A stretch of 42,738 nucleotides of DNA from positions 1 to 42,738 of the forward strand of contig JBHIEF010000003.1 in NCBI GenBank assembly GCA_046760465.1, in the 5' to 3' direction. Below, one piece after another: positions 1-9,746 of the stretch. The DNA comes from Armatimonadota bacterium (GTDB lineage Bacteria; Armatimonadota; Zipacnadia; JAUWAU01; JBHIEF01). Position 1 is the stretch's first letter; each line of letters begins with the position of its first letter. The notes under the pieces are model-generated. The model was given only the letters and a program-made list of their open reading frames with translations, made no database searches and was not told where the DNA came from. The translations under genes and the position numbers were made by a program.

Positions 1-125
1 TCTACGCGGCAGGGATGGACGTAGGGCGCAGGGCACTGGAGTCGCGACGAGGAAATTGACGGGGCAGAGCCGTTCTCCAGTGCTGGGCCTAGGCCGGTCA
101 GCAACAAGAGTGGAGGGTGAAGACC

Positions 126-881
126 ATGCACACTGTCAGTAATCGTGGCGTCCGCCGATCCGCGCTAATCGCTCTGGGCTTGGTGGTGGCGGCGATGGTC
201 GTGCTGGGTCTAACTGGACAGGGGCTCGCGCAGGATGCCCCCATCCCGGCGGTCGCAGCGACCGGGACGCTCATGCTGCCGCCGCCTGACGATGCCATCG
301 TGCTCTTCGACGGCACCGACCTGTCGCAGTGGGTCAAGCAGGGAACGGATCAGCCGCCCGGCTGCAAGCTCGTGGACGGAGCGCTGGAGATCCACGGCGG
401 GAGCATCACGACGAAGCAGCGTTTCACCGACTTTCAGCTGCACATCGAGTTCAATGTGCCGCTGATGCCGGACGCCCGAGGCCAGGCCCGGGGCAACAGC
501 GGCGTCTACATGCAGGGGTCGTATGAGATCCAGGTGCTCGACTCGTACGGGCTTCAGCCCAAGCTGGGCGATTGCGGGGCCATCTACGGAGTCGCGCTGC
601 CGATGGTCAACGCGTGCAAACCTGCGGAACAGTGGCAGACATACGACATCCTGTTCCATGCGCCGCGCTTCGACGAGGACGGGAACAAGGTCGCCAACGC
701 GCGCATAACGGCACTACACAATGGCGTGTGGATTCACGACAACGTCGAGGTTCCCGGGCCCACCACGGCGGCCATGCGACGCGACGTGACCGAGCCGGGT
801 CCCATCATGATCCAGGACCACGGGGCGCCACTCAAGTATCGGAACATCTGGCTGCGCCCGCTGGGGCCCGTGACCGAGTAG
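126..881 (+). CDS. Exported DUF1080 (3-keto-disaccharide hydrolase-like) protein, single domain
   Basis: Family motifs LFDGTDLSQW, F.DFQLHIEF, GNSGVY, YEIQVLDS, WQTYDI, IQDHG, YRNIW. N-terminal basic + hydrophobic signal ending GLA-Q. GGAGG at 112-116 favours ATG 126 over GTG 117. Confidence 0.9.
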   Translation: MHTVSNRGVRRSALIALGLVVAAMVVLGLTGQGLAQDAPIPAVAATGTLMLPPPDDAIVLFDGTDLSQWVKQGTDQPPGCKLVDGALEIHGGSITTKQRFTDFQLHIEFNVPLMPDARGQARGNSGVYMQGSYEIQVLDSYGLQPKLGDCGAIYGVALPMVNACKPAEQWQTYDILFHAPRFDEDGNKVANARITALHNGVWIHDNVEVPGPTTAAMRRDVTEPGPIMIQDHGAPLKYRNIWLRPLGPVTE

Positions 882-998
882 GGCCAGCCCCGGCGGCAGC
901 ACTCCGCGCCGCGAGGGCAGGCGGCCAGATTGCTCGATGTCGTGCCGTTGGCGCGCGTGGGCTGGTCAGGAGCGCTGCAGGCTAGTGTCCGCCGCGTG

Positions 999-2312
999 CT
1001 ACTGACCACCCGCCTCGATCGGCACCAGGACTAGGTTGCGGAACTCCTTCTGCGAGCCCTCCGACTGGAGACAGATCTTGCCTGGTATCTCTTCGCACTC
1101 CGTGGCCGTGTTCTGGACGAGGTTGTTGACCTTGATCTCGAGGTCGCCGCCGTCGAGCGTCATCTCATAATCGTTCCACTCGCCGATGGCCCGCTCGTTG
1201 GAGGGGTGCAGTTTGCGCGTGTGGCGGCCGCTGGTGCGCTCCTGGGCCACCTTCATGGGGAACTGACCGATATTCCAGATGTCGCCCATGCTCCCGGACT
1301 GCCCCTGGCACTCGATGGACTTCGGCCACACCTTATCCTCGCCCACCATCCGCAGCAGTACGCCGCTGTTGCCTGGGGTGACGTGGCGCATCTGTAGGTG
1401 CAGCGTGTAGTTGGTGTAGTCCGCAGTCGTGCGCAGGTAGCCAGCGGGACGACCAGTATCGGTGATGACGCCGTCGCTGACGCCGAAGGTGTCCTTGCAG
1501 GCGTCGCTCATGGGCGCCCACCCCTCCAGGTCCGTGCCGTTGAACAGGCGCACAGCCTTGCCGTAGTTCGATGCCAGGTGCTTGATGCGGATGTCCTTGA
1601 ACTCGACCACCATTGGTGGCCCCTGGTGGATCTGGAGCGCCAGGATCCCCTCCCTGGCGGCGCCCCTCCTGTCGTTCGGGTCGTTGGGGTCGGTCACGCG
1701 GTCGTTGTCAATCAGGGCCATGGTCGGGTAGCCATTGAGGTAGTGACGCAGGTAGTTGCCTTGGGCGATGATGATGTACTCGTTCCAGTCCCGCTCCTTG
1801 TAGTAGCCCTTTGCCTTCAGGTCGTCCACGTCGGACACCTTGCCGACCACGTTCTTGTTGCCCTCGTCGTCAATGATCATGAAGTCGCCGACGTTGACCA
1901 GCCAACCGCGCCCGGCCTCATGGTACAGGAAGCCCACCTTGCCCGGGTTGTTCTCCACCTCGGCCTGGTAGCCGCCCACGCGCCACTGGCCGAACTCCTT
2001 GCTGCGGTACTGGATGCCGGAGTTGCCGTTCTGGATGCGGAACTTGATCTTGAGAACGAAGTCCTTGAGCGTGCCGCCGCGCCACACGCAGAAGGTGTTG
2101 CCGCGGGCCGGGTTCTCCTCGGTCGTCTCCCCGCGAATGGCGCCGTCCCTCACCGACCACAGCCGCGGGTCGCCGTCCCAGTCGGTGAGGTCCTCCCCGT
2201 TGAAGATGGATACGAAGCCCTCTTCCGTCGTCTCCTCCTGCGCCGCCGCGATGCTCAGAGCGAGGCAGGCGGCCATGCTCAACACAGCCGACCATATGAC
2301 TACCGAGCGCAC
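999..2312 (-). CDS. Exported tandem DUF1080 protein (two domains)
   Basis: Two repeats: IFNGEDLTDW..NSGIQYR..GYQAE..WNEY..LQIH..FKDIRIK and LFNGTDLEGW..NSGVL..WNDY..LQSE..FRNL. Signal peptide ending AAA-Q. AAGGAGG abuts GTG 2321, so GTG 2312 is the better-spaced start. Confidence 0.9.
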   Translation of the reverse strand: MRSVVIWSAVLSMAACLALSIAAAQEETTEEGFVSIFNGEDLTDWDGDPRLWSVRDGAIRGETTEENPARGNTFCVWRGGTLKDFVLKIKFRIQNGNSGIQYRSKEFGQWRVGGYQAEVENNPGKVGFLYHEAGRGWLVNVGDFMIIDDEGNKNVVGKVSDVDDLKAKGYYKERDWNEYIIIAQGNYLRHYLNGYPTMALIDNDRVTDPNDPNDRRGAAREGILALQIHQGPPMVVEFKDIRIKHLASNYGKAVRLFNGTDLEGWAPMSDACKDTFGVSDGVITDTGRPAGYLRTTADYTNYTLHLQMRHVTPGNSGVLLRMVGEDKVWPKSIECQGQSGSMGDIWNIGQFPMKVAQERTSGRHTRKLHPSNERAIGEWNDYEMTLDGGDLEIKVNNLVQNTATECEEIPGKICLQSEGSQKEFRNLVLVPIEAGGQ

Positions 2313-2424
2313 TACTGGCACCTCCTTGGATCAAGCGGCTTCTCGGCGGTATCAGTGCCCCCAGCGCCCCGCCGGCCCTGCCTGGTCTGCGTTCGGACCC
2401 GCGCTGCGGAGCAGCTCGTCGGTC

Positions 2425-2454
2425 AGTATAAGGCCTCTGGACCTCGCCGCGCAA
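2425..2454 (-). promoter_or_regulatory. Putative sigma70 promoter for the tandem DUF1080 gene
   Basis: Minus strand TTGCGC-N18-TATACT in the intergenic gap, about 110 nt upstream of the start. Confidence 0.5.
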
Positions 2455-2479
2455 GTCCTTTGGCAATCGTCCGTCTGGC

Positions 2480-4390
2480 CTAGGGCACAGGCAGCAAGCG
2501 ATAGGGCACCCGCGTAATAGCGCCGACCACGATCCAGATCAAAGCCGCCATGTACTCGCCCACGATCAGGCCCATGAACAGCGGCCGGCACCGTCTGTAC
2601 CAGCGGATCCCGCCACAGTGCATTATGGCCGTCTTGACCAGCCAGCCCACTAGCAGCGACGACCAGATGTGGAAATTGGAGTAACTGGCGCCCACGGCGA
2701 AGCCAATAGGGTGAAGCAGGAAGCCCGCGTAGCGCCAACGCGCGGCGAGCAGCAGATGCGTGAAGATAGCCCCGCCAATGGCGTTGCAGATCTCCGTCCA
2801 GTCAATGGACAGGGGCTGTCGCGTCCAGTTCGCGACCTCGTTGTAGATGTTGTACGAGAACCAGGGCCCCCCATAGAGCGTGCTGACGGCGCCCTCGACG
2901 TGGCCCAGCCAGATGGTGACCGGAATGGCGACTGCCAGGGCCACCAGAATGCTAACGGCCATGATGGGCACCAGGCTCCGCCGTCGAAGCCCCGTCTCGT
3001 CGCCGATGCGGAATCCCTGGAGGACATGGGGCATGAGGATCTCCCCCCAGTCGCGCATGAGCGAGCGCTCCGGGAGGCGCAGGATGGCCAGGTTGCTGGG
3101 CCCAACCCGCTCTGAACCGACGAACAGAATGAGCATCTCGGAGAGATAGTAGGGCGTCTGCACCAGATACATGCCGCCGTTGATGACCATCCAGGTCAGA
3201 CAGAAGGTCGTAGGGACCCAGAGCAACATCACGCCGACGGCAACCCACAGAGACACGCCCGCGTGCACGAGCATCCAGGTGGTGCCCACGAAAGCAAGGG
3301 CGCTGCCGACCAGCGCAGTCCGATAGGGCAGCGGCTCGTCCCGGTCCTCAGGGTCGCTTCTACCCAGCACACCGAGAACGAGCGATTTCAGATGGCGGCG
3401 TGCCGTCCACAGGAGCGACCCGGCAATCACCATCTGCGACCCGAAGGCCTGCCGGCCCGCGCAGCGCCAGGCGTGTGCGTTCCAGCCAAACGTATCTATG
3501 GTCAGGTACTCGAACTTGAAGAACAGATAGAAGAACCAGTAGCTAAAGGAGATCTCGGATGGGATCACATACGCGATGCCGACCACCGAGAAGTAGAAAC
3601 TGAAGATGAGCTGCGGCCACCAGCCCAACACCCGCCAGGGCCGGCCCTTGAAGCCCTCGTACCACAGGAATCTGTTCTGAAGCTGGGGCACGGATGGGAA
3701 GTGCGCGTGCAATCCGTTTACCAGATGGAACAGCAGGGGAACTGCCACACCGACGCACAGCAGCCGATTGCGGAGGAGGCTGTTCAGGAGCTTCCCGTGG
3801 CCCGGCGGCCGCATCATCTCCATGGGCGCCTGCACGAGCGGGAAGGAGAACTTCTCATGCTCCGTCCACTGGCGACGGAACAGCACGGAAAGGCATATGG
3901 TCCCCACGTAGAGCGCCAGGGCGAAGACCGTCCAATACGCCACTGGCGCCGCCCACGCCGTCCAATCGAATGTCCCACGGCCAATGCCCTCAAAGAACAG
4001 CACTGACGCCTCTTCGTCCGAGACGATGGTCCATGGCCTCAGGTGGGACAGGATCAGATCATCCCACTTGTTCTCGGGAGTTGCCATGTAATGTGGCGTG
4101 GCGACGAGGGGGATGATGAAGCCCACGAACCCGCGAAAGGGGATGTTCGCGCCGACCGAACTCATGATCCAGACCACGGCGAGCTCGGCCGGCTTGAGCT
4201 CAGTTCCCGGGCGCACCCATCGCCAGATTACGTTGACTCCGAGCACCAGTATCAGCAGCACGATCATCGAGCATGCCGGAAGGTGGTTCCCGGTGAGGGA
4301 GGTGCCCCGCACGACCGCTTCGTTGTAGGGCATCACCGCCGACTGAGCCACGCTCCACAGCAGTCCGATTGCCAGAGCTCTGAAGGTCAT
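2480..4390 (-). CDS. Polytopic membrane protein, DUF6785/DUF6784-like putative peptide transporter
   Basis: 636 aa with many hydrophobic segments. Motifs T.RA..IG at the N-terminus, RRQW...EK.SFPL, LHPIGF, W..K....GG...YR...P.F.GLI.GE recalled as typical of this family. Confidence 0.75.
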   Translation of the reverse strand: MTFRALAIGLLWSVAQSAVMPYNEAVVRGTSLTGNHLPACSMIVLLILVLGVNVIWRWVRPGTELKPAELAVVWIMSSVGANIPFRGFVGFIIPLVATPHYMATPENKWDDLILSHLRPWTIVSDEEASVLFFEGIGRGTFDWTAWAAPVAYWTVFALALYVGTICLSVLFRRQWTEHEKFSFPLVQAPMEMMRPPGHGKLLNSLLRNRLLCVGVAVPLLFHLVNGLHAHFPSVPQLQNRFLWYEGFKGRPWRVLGWWPQLIFSFYFSVVGIAYVIPSEISFSYWFFYLFFKFEYLTIDTFGWNAHAWRCAGRQAFGSQMVIAGSLLWTARRHLKSLVLGVLGRSDPEDRDEPLPYRTALVGSALAFVGTTWMLVHAGVSLWVAVGVMLLWVPTTFCLTWMVINGGMYLVQTPYYLSEMLILFVGSERVGPSNLAILRLPERSLMRDWGEILMPHVLQGFRIGDETGLRRRSLVPIMAVSILVALAVAIPVTIWLGHVEGAVSTLYGGPWFSYNIYNEVANWTRQPLSIDWTEICNAIGGAIFTHLLLAARWRYAGFLLHPIGFAVGASYSNFHIWSSLLVGWLVKTAIMHCGGIRWYRRCRPLFMGLIVGEYMAALIWIVVGAITRVPYRLLPVP

Positions 4391-4421
4391 CGGTCTGGGC
4401 GCACGGCTCTCACTTTGCGCG

Positions 4422-4499
4422 TCAGGGGCAGGTTGCTGCGGTGGCCAGGATGGCGGCAGCGGCTGGACGTCGTATCTTCCCTGCTGTTGGTAGGCTCAA
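4422..4499 (-). CDS. Candidate 25-aa upstream ORF (MSLPTAGKIRRPAAAAILATAATCP)
   Basis: GGAGG (4510-4506) lies 6 nt before TTG 4499; TGA ends at 4422, 31 nt before the membrane-protein ATG. Below the ORF-track size cut-off and could be chance. Confidence 0.3.
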   Translation of the reverse strand: MSLPTAGKIRRPAAAAILATAATCP

Positions 4500-4635
4500 G
4501 GGGACCCTCCGTCCGGTCTGCGCAAAGTGGCGACAGCCGGTCGCGGCCGAACACCAGCCCATTGGCGCGAATGGGCCGGCGCTCAACTCCCGGGGCATTG
4601 CAGAATGGGGTTGGTCCGTGGGACAGTGTCTCCCG

Positions 4636-4665
4636 AGGTTAAGGCGCGCCCACAGCGTTTGTCAA
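4636..4665 (-). promoter_or_regulatory. Putative sigma70 promoter for the DUF6785-like gene
   Basis: Minus strand perfect TTGACA-N18-TAACCT; implies a leader of about 240 nt. Confidence 0.55.
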
Positions 4666-4902
4666 GCGGCAATGAGGCGGTCACGCGAACGCCTGCGCTC
4701 CCAGGCGGCGGGAATCTGGCCGGTGTGCGTCTGGGACCGCGTGTTCTGGGTCGCGTGTGTCCCCCGCGACCGCCCTTCCATCGTCGCTTCTGGACATGCG
4801 GGAGGATAACGGTGGCCGACGGCCGAACGGTCTCTCAGAATCATGGCTCGCACCTGACGTGCGGCCATGGGGGAGGCACGCGGCAAGGGTAGGAGGCTGA
4901 GA

Positions 4903-5847
4903 ATGAGCGAACTGACGATCCAAGAGCATCCGGCGGTCAGCAATCCTCGCTTAGTCCTGGGTCTGACAGGGTGGATGGACGGGGGAAGCGTCTCCACTGG
5001 CACGGTGAGCTACTTGCGGGACAAGTTGGGCGCGACGAAGTTCGCCGAGATCGAGCCCCTGGACTTCTACATCTTCCACTTCCCGGTCTCCACGGTTCCG
5101 GTCTCAGTTCAGTCGGCCGGGGGGAGACTGGCAATCACTCAGGTTGATCCAATGCAGTTCGCGGCTGTGTTCCGCCCGCACACGAGGATAGAGGACGGCT
5201 CCATCCAGGAGTTCACGTGTCCCAGAAACGAGTTCCTGTGTTCGGAACGCTCCGACCTGATCCTCTTCTCGGGCGAGGAACCACACGTCCGCTGGGGAGC
5301 CTACTGTGACTGCCTCTTCGACCTGGCAGAGGAATGCGGGGTCAAGGAGTTCTACTTCGTGGGCAGCGTTGCCGGCCCGGTTCCACATACCAGGGAGCCG
5401 AGAATACGTGCCTCGGTCCCGCGCCAGGACCTCAAGGAACGACTGGGGGCCGCCGGGGTCGAATTCACCAACTACGAGGGCCCCGCCAGCCTCGTCACCC
5501 TCCTGGCGCATCAGTCTGTTGACAGAGGTATAGAGATGAGGAGCCTGGTCGTCGAGATTCCGCACTATCCGTTCCTCGAGATGCCCACCTATCCCAAGAG
5601 CATACTCAAGGCCACTTCAGCGCTCAACACTCTCCTGGGCCTGGATCTGGACCTGTCGGATCTGCGCGAGTCGTCCGCGAAGGTGGATGAGAAGCTCGAC
5701 GCCGTTATGGAGGATAGTGACGAGTTCCGGGAGTTGGTGGCCAAACTGGAGAGGGCGTACGACTACGAGGAGTCTGCTGCGGAGGAGGAGCGCCTGCGAC
5801 GGCTGATCGAGATGATCGACTTGGGTGACGATGAGGGTCACAGTTGA
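4903..5847 (+). CDS. PAC2-family (proteasome assembly chaperone-like) protein
   Basis: G..GW.DGG, RP...I.DG, G.EP...W..Y, VPHTR, YEGP, PHY motifs and a C-terminal helical tail (..LE..YD). AGGAGG precedes ATG 4903. Confidence 0.85.
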   Translation: MSELTIQEHPAVSNPRLVLGLTGWMDGGSVSTGTVSYLRDKLGATKFAEIEPLDFYIFHFPVSTVPVSVQSAGGRLAITQVDPMQFAAVFRPHTRIEDGSIQEFTCPRNEFLCSERSDLILFSGEEPHVRWGAYCDCLFDLAEECGVKEFYFVGSVAGPVPHTREPRIRASVPRQDLKERLGAAGVEFTNYEGPASLVTLLAHQSVDRGIEMRSLVVEIPHYPFLEMPTYPKSILKATSALNTLLGLDLDLSDLRESSAKVDEKLDAVMEDSDEFRELVAKLERAYDYEESAAEEERLRRLIEMIDLGDDEGHS

Positions 5848-5860
5848 GCAAGGGCTGCGA

Positions 5861-5884
5861 CGGCGGCGTCTGCGGACGCCGCCG
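5861..5884. other. Perfect GC hairpin between PAC2 and amidohydrolase genes
   Basis: CGGCGGCGTC-TGCG-GACGCCGCCG, 10-bp stem starting 13 nt after the stop; no U-tract. Confidence 0.6.
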
Positions 5885-5933
5885 GGCTGTGCGTAGAGTG
5901 CCGCGCTCGGCGAGTGCATGAGGAGAGCACGCG

Positions 5934-7040
5934 ATGACCGAGTGGAGCTCAACAGCGAGGGGCATCGTGGACGGTCACGTCCACATGGGCAGCATTACCC
6001 AAGAGGGCGCCATGCTCGCCAACCTAGAGGCGACGGGGATTGACAAGATGGTCTTGGTGGCAATTCAGGACCCCGAGGCCGGGGCGGGGCTCCCTCAGGC
6101 GCTCTACATGAAGGCCCAACACCCGAGTCGTTTCTTCGTCTTCGCCGGCCTCAACCACGCCGAGGAACTCTCTGGCGGGAAGGCCACGACCCCCAGCCTC
6201 GCCGATCAGGTGGATGCCTTCGTCGAGATCGGGTGCGACGGCCTCAAGATGATAGAGGGCAAACCGACGTCGAGGCAGCGGATGGACATCCCCGTGACCG
6301 ACGACTACTTCGCGGACTACTGGGGACGCGTGGAGGAGCTGGGTCTTCCCTTTGTCTGGCACGTCAACGACCCGGAGGAGTTCTGGGACCCGGAGGCGCT
6401 CCCCGGCTGGGCCAAGGAGCGCAACTGGGGCTACGGCCCGCAAGATGTGCAGAAAGAAGAGCTGTACGCTGAGGTGGATGAGGTGTTGGGCAGGCATCCA
6501 AGCCTCAGGATCATCTTCGCTCACTTCTACTTCCTGTCGGCCGACCTCGACCGGGCGGCCCGATTCCTCGATGAGCACCCCACCGTCCACTTCGATCTGG
6601 CGCCGGGCATCGAGATGCTGTACAACATCTCCCGCGATCCACAGGCCGGGCGGGAGTTCTTCGTTCGATACGCAGACCGCATCATCTTCGGAACCGACCT
6701 CTCGAGCGGCCTGACCACCGAGCCGGCCCGTATCCGGGCGGGCATCGTCTTCAGGTGGCTGGAGACCGACGACACGTTTCGCGTGCCGGAGGAGGCCGAT
6801 TTCCTCCTTGGCCCTCCAGAGGACGGGATCATACGAGGGATGTCGCTTCCCGATGAGGTGCTTGCCAAGATCTACCGGACCAACCTGACGCGCCTGGTCG
6901 GCGACGAGCCGAAGGCGCTGGATGCTCGGGCGGCCGTCGCCGAGTGCGAGCGCCTGGCAGCGATTGCTGAAGCCATGTCGGACCAACCGGCCGCCGACAC
7001 CGAGGCCGCGCGTGTAGCAGAACGCCTCAGGGACATGTGA
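5934..7040 (+). CDS. Amidohydrolase family (amidohydro_2-like) metalloenzyme
   Basis: DGHVH, GLK, WHV.DP, FAH, DRIIFGTD, KIY..N motifs. AGGAG upstream. Confidence 0.85.
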   Translation: MTEWSSTARGIVDGHVHMGSITQEGAMLANLEATGIDKMVLVAIQDPEAGAGLPQALYMKAQHPSRFFVFAGLNHAEELSGGKATTPSLADQVDAFVEIGCDGLKMIEGKPTSRQRMDIPVTDDYFADYWGRVEELGLPFVWHVNDPEEFWDPEALPGWAKERNWGYGPQDVQKEELYAEVDEVLGRHPSLRIIFAHFYFLSADLDRAARFLDEHPTVHFDLAPGIEMLYNISRDPQAGREFFVRYADRIIFGTDLSSGLTTEPARIRAGIVFRWLETDDTFRVPEEADFLLGPPEDGIIRGMSLPDEVLAKIYRTNLTRLVGDEPKALDARAAVAECERLAAIAEAMSDQPAADTEAARVAERLRDM

Positions 7041-7172
7041 GAAGCGCTCCAACGGCCGCTGAGGCCTGCGAGTGCCCGCGTGGGGTCTGGAAGGCATGAG
7101 GCTGCGCGGCGCCAGGCCAGGGCACGACCCAGCCACCGTGCTGTGACAGACAATCCTCAACGGGGGACCCAA

Positions 7173-9746
7173 ATGCCCACACCGAGAATCTCCGTGGCGA
7201 TCGCGCTGACGCTGTGCGTTGCTTCGGCCGGCTGGCCGGCAGAGGGGGGTGGGGCAGAAGCCCCGTTCTTTCCCGCCGAGCGCCTGACCCACCCCCACGT
7301 AACCATGTTCGGCGGCAAGTTCCACATCCCCGTCAACCTCGGGCCCACCGGAGCCGTGGGCTGGCGGAACGGCAACCAGCTTATCGTGATGGAGGTTGAC
7401 AGGGGGTCGCCCGGCCACGGGATCCTCCGCAAGTACGACGTCATCATGGCGGCGAACGGCCTGCCTCTGAGCTACGATGATCCCCGCAGAGAGCTGGGCG
7501 CGGCGATCACGGAGAGCGAAGCAAAGGACGGCAGGCTCTCGCTCAGCGTGCTGCGCCGCGGCAAGAGGCGGCAGGTCATCGTCAAGCTCCCGGTCCTCGG
7601 CTCCTACGGCAGCAACTGGCCCTATGACTGCGCGAAGTCGAAACGCATTGTCAAGGGCGCGTGCGAATTCCTGGCCAAGCACCAGACCATGTACGGCGAC
7701 CACATGGTGAGCACCCGCGTCGGGCACGCCCTCAACGGGCTGTTCCTGCTCGCCGCCGCCGACCCCGAGTACCTGGAGACGGCGCGCCGGCTAGCATACT
7801 GGCTGGTGCGCCACCCCGGCCCCGGCAGGGGGGACGGCACGGGCAATTGGGACAACGGCTACCAGGCCATTTTCCTGGCCGAGTACTACCTCAAGACCGG
7901 GGACGCACACGTCTTGCCGCGGCTCCGGGAGATCCACGACCTCATGGTCGAGTTCCAGGACCCCTGCGGCTCGTGGGGCCACGGGCCGCGGCCCAAGCCA
8001 GGTTACGTGCAGGGCGGGCTGATGAACCCGGCGGGGCTCGCGATCTGGGTGTCGTTGATCCTCTCCCAGGAGTGCGGCTTGGAGGTGAACGAGGACGCGG
8101 TGGCCCGCGCAACCAGGTTCTTCGCCCGATATGCCGACAAGGGCAATGTCCCGTACGGCGATCACCGACCCGAGTTCTGGCCCAGCTCCAACGGCAAGAA
8201 CGCGCTGGCCTACGTCGGCTTGAGTCTCCTGGACGGTAGAGAACACCGAGAGGCAGCGCTCCTCTTTGCCAGACTCGTGGCCGATAGCTACCATGACCGA
8301 GAGGCTGGCCACACGGGCGGGTTCATGAACACCGTCTGGGGTGCGATAGCTGCCGCGGGAGCGCCACCAGCCGACTACCGCAGACACATGGACTACTGGT
8401 CTTGGTACTACGACCTCTCCCGCACGTGGGATGGGGGCTTCTTGAGTCTCCCCTCGCCCGGAGGCACGCAGTACACCCAGCGCGGCGTGTTCCTCTCCAC
8501 GGGCGGCTTGGCGCTGGCTTACACGGTTCCCCTCAAGAGCTTGCGGATTCTGGGTGGTCCCAGAAGCGTGTTCGGCGCGCGGGACCTAAGCGCCACGCTG
8601 ATGAAGGGCTTGCAGCTCTACGACGAACTCAGGTTCGGCGAGCTGGAGGCGCTACTGAGCAGTTACCTTGAGAGGGAGCGGCCAGAGGCCAACTCATCGG
8701 TTCGCCTCCACGCCCAACAGCTCCTCGCAGCTGCCCGGGCGAAGAAGCACACCATCGAGCACACTCTGAGGAAGGCCGACAGGGCTTTCAGACTCCGGCA
8801 TCCCGGTCTTGCCAAGCGCATGCTCGAAGACCTGGACATCCTCACCCACGGCCAACTGCCTCGCGTGAGGGAGCTGCTCAGGGAGGCAAGATCGCCCAAG
8901 TACGCCTCCATCTTCGAGGCCGAGAAGGTCTACAACAAGCACGTTGGCGGCATCTTCCACCTCTACCCACCAGCGCGGCGAGCCCTGAAAGAACTGGCAA
9001 GCGACCCCGGCGCGGGCTACTTCTCGCAACTGGCCAAGCGCGAGCTGCAGCAGCCCTTCATCACCCATCACTACCCCCCGCGCGGTGAGCTGGACCTGGG
9101 CAGGTTCAGCGCCGGCGGCGCCTGGAGAACCGACGAACTGGCCCGGGCCGGCTTGATGCGGCTGGCAAGGGCGCGCTACTTCGGCGGCAACTGGACGACC
9201 TGGATCGCCGACGACACGCTGCGAGAGGCGGGGTACATCAAGCACGTCGCCGAGCGGAACTGGGAGGCGCTGCTGCCCATCGCCGGCGAGCAGGAGAAGG
9301 GCGCCGCCAAATGGCGGTTCCTGACCTTCAGCGACGAGAGCAAGGACGAAGTGCCCACAGGCTGGTCCGAGCCCAGCTTCGACGACTCGCAATGGCGAGA
9401 GGATGCCGCACCGCTGGGCGACTTGAGCGGCGAGAGACCGAGAACGGCCTTCGACCGGGGCGACAACCTGTTACTGGCGAGGATACGCTTCGATGCCGAC
9501 CGCAAGGACTTCACGGAATGGGCCTTGCAGTTCAGGTTCCGGAGAGACGTAGAGGTCTACCTCAATGGCGAACTCATCGCCTGGCTCTCTGCACGCACCG
9601 AAGACAAGTACTACGACATTGAGCTTCCGCGCCAGGCGCTCAGGTATCTGAGGAAGGGCGAGAACGTGCTCGCCGTCCGCGCCAGAGCCGACTGGAACTG
9701 GAGCTTCTATGATATCGGCCTATACGCAAGGGGGGAGACCCCGTGA
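7173..9746 (+). CDS. Exported DUF6288-like protein: PDZ-like + alpha/alpha-barrel + C-terminal galactose-binding-like domain
   Basis: NLGPTG..GW, SP..G.L...DVI..NG, L..AI.ESE, LGSY...WPYDC.KS, LAEYYL.TGD, Q...GSWGH, YGDH, GHTG, W.YDL.R..DG.F. C-terminal GW..P.FDDS.W...APLG..VYLNG..GEN.LAV. Signal peptide follows ATG 7173. Confidence 0.75.
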   Translation: MPTPRISVAIALTLCVASAGWPAEGGGAEAPFFPAERLTHPHVTMFGGKFHIPVNLGPTGAVGWRNGNQLIVMEVDRGSPGHGILRKYDVIMAANGLPLSYDDPRRELGAAITESEAKDGRLSLSVLRRGKRRQVIVKLPVLGSYGSNWPYDCAKSKRIVKGACEFLAKHQTMYGDHMVSTRVGHALNGLFLLAAADPEYLETARRLAYWLVRHPGPGRGDGTGNWDNGYQAIFLAEYYLKTGDAHVLPRLREIHDLMVEFQDPCGSWGHGPRPKPGYVQGGLMNPAGLAIWVSLILSQECGLEVNEDAVARATRFFARYADKGNVPYGDHRPEFWPSSNGKNALAYVGLSLLDGREHREAALLFARLVADSYHDREAGHTGGFMNTVWGAIAAAGAPPADYRRHMDYWSWYYDLSRTWDGGFLSLPSPGGTQYTQRGVFLSTGGLALAYTVPLKSLRILGGPRSVFGARDLSATLMKGLQLYDELRFGELEALLSSYLERERPEANSSVRLHAQQLLAAARAKKHTIEHTLRKADRAFRLRHPGLAKRMLEDLDILTHGQLPRVRELLREARSPKYASIFEAEKVYNKHVGGIFHLYPPARRALKELASDPGAGYFSQLAKRELQQPFITHHYPPRGELDLGRFSAGGAWRTDELARAGLMRLARARYFGGNWTTWIADDTLREAGYIKHVAERNWEALLPIAGEQEKGAAKWRFLTFSDESKDEVPTGWSEPSFDDSQWREDAAPLGDLSGERPRTAFDRGDNLLLARIRFDADRKDFTEWALQFRFRRDVEVYLNGELIAWLSARTEDKYYDIELPRQALRYLRKGENVLAVRARADWNWSFYDIGLYARGETP

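Noticed and set aside
56-84. TTGACG upstream of the first gene
   Set aside because: No convincing -10 element at 16-18 nt spacing.
6024-7727. 567-aa minus-strand ORF
   Set aside because: Antisense shadow of the amidohydrolase and DUF6288-like genes; no motifs; expected in GC3-rich DNA.
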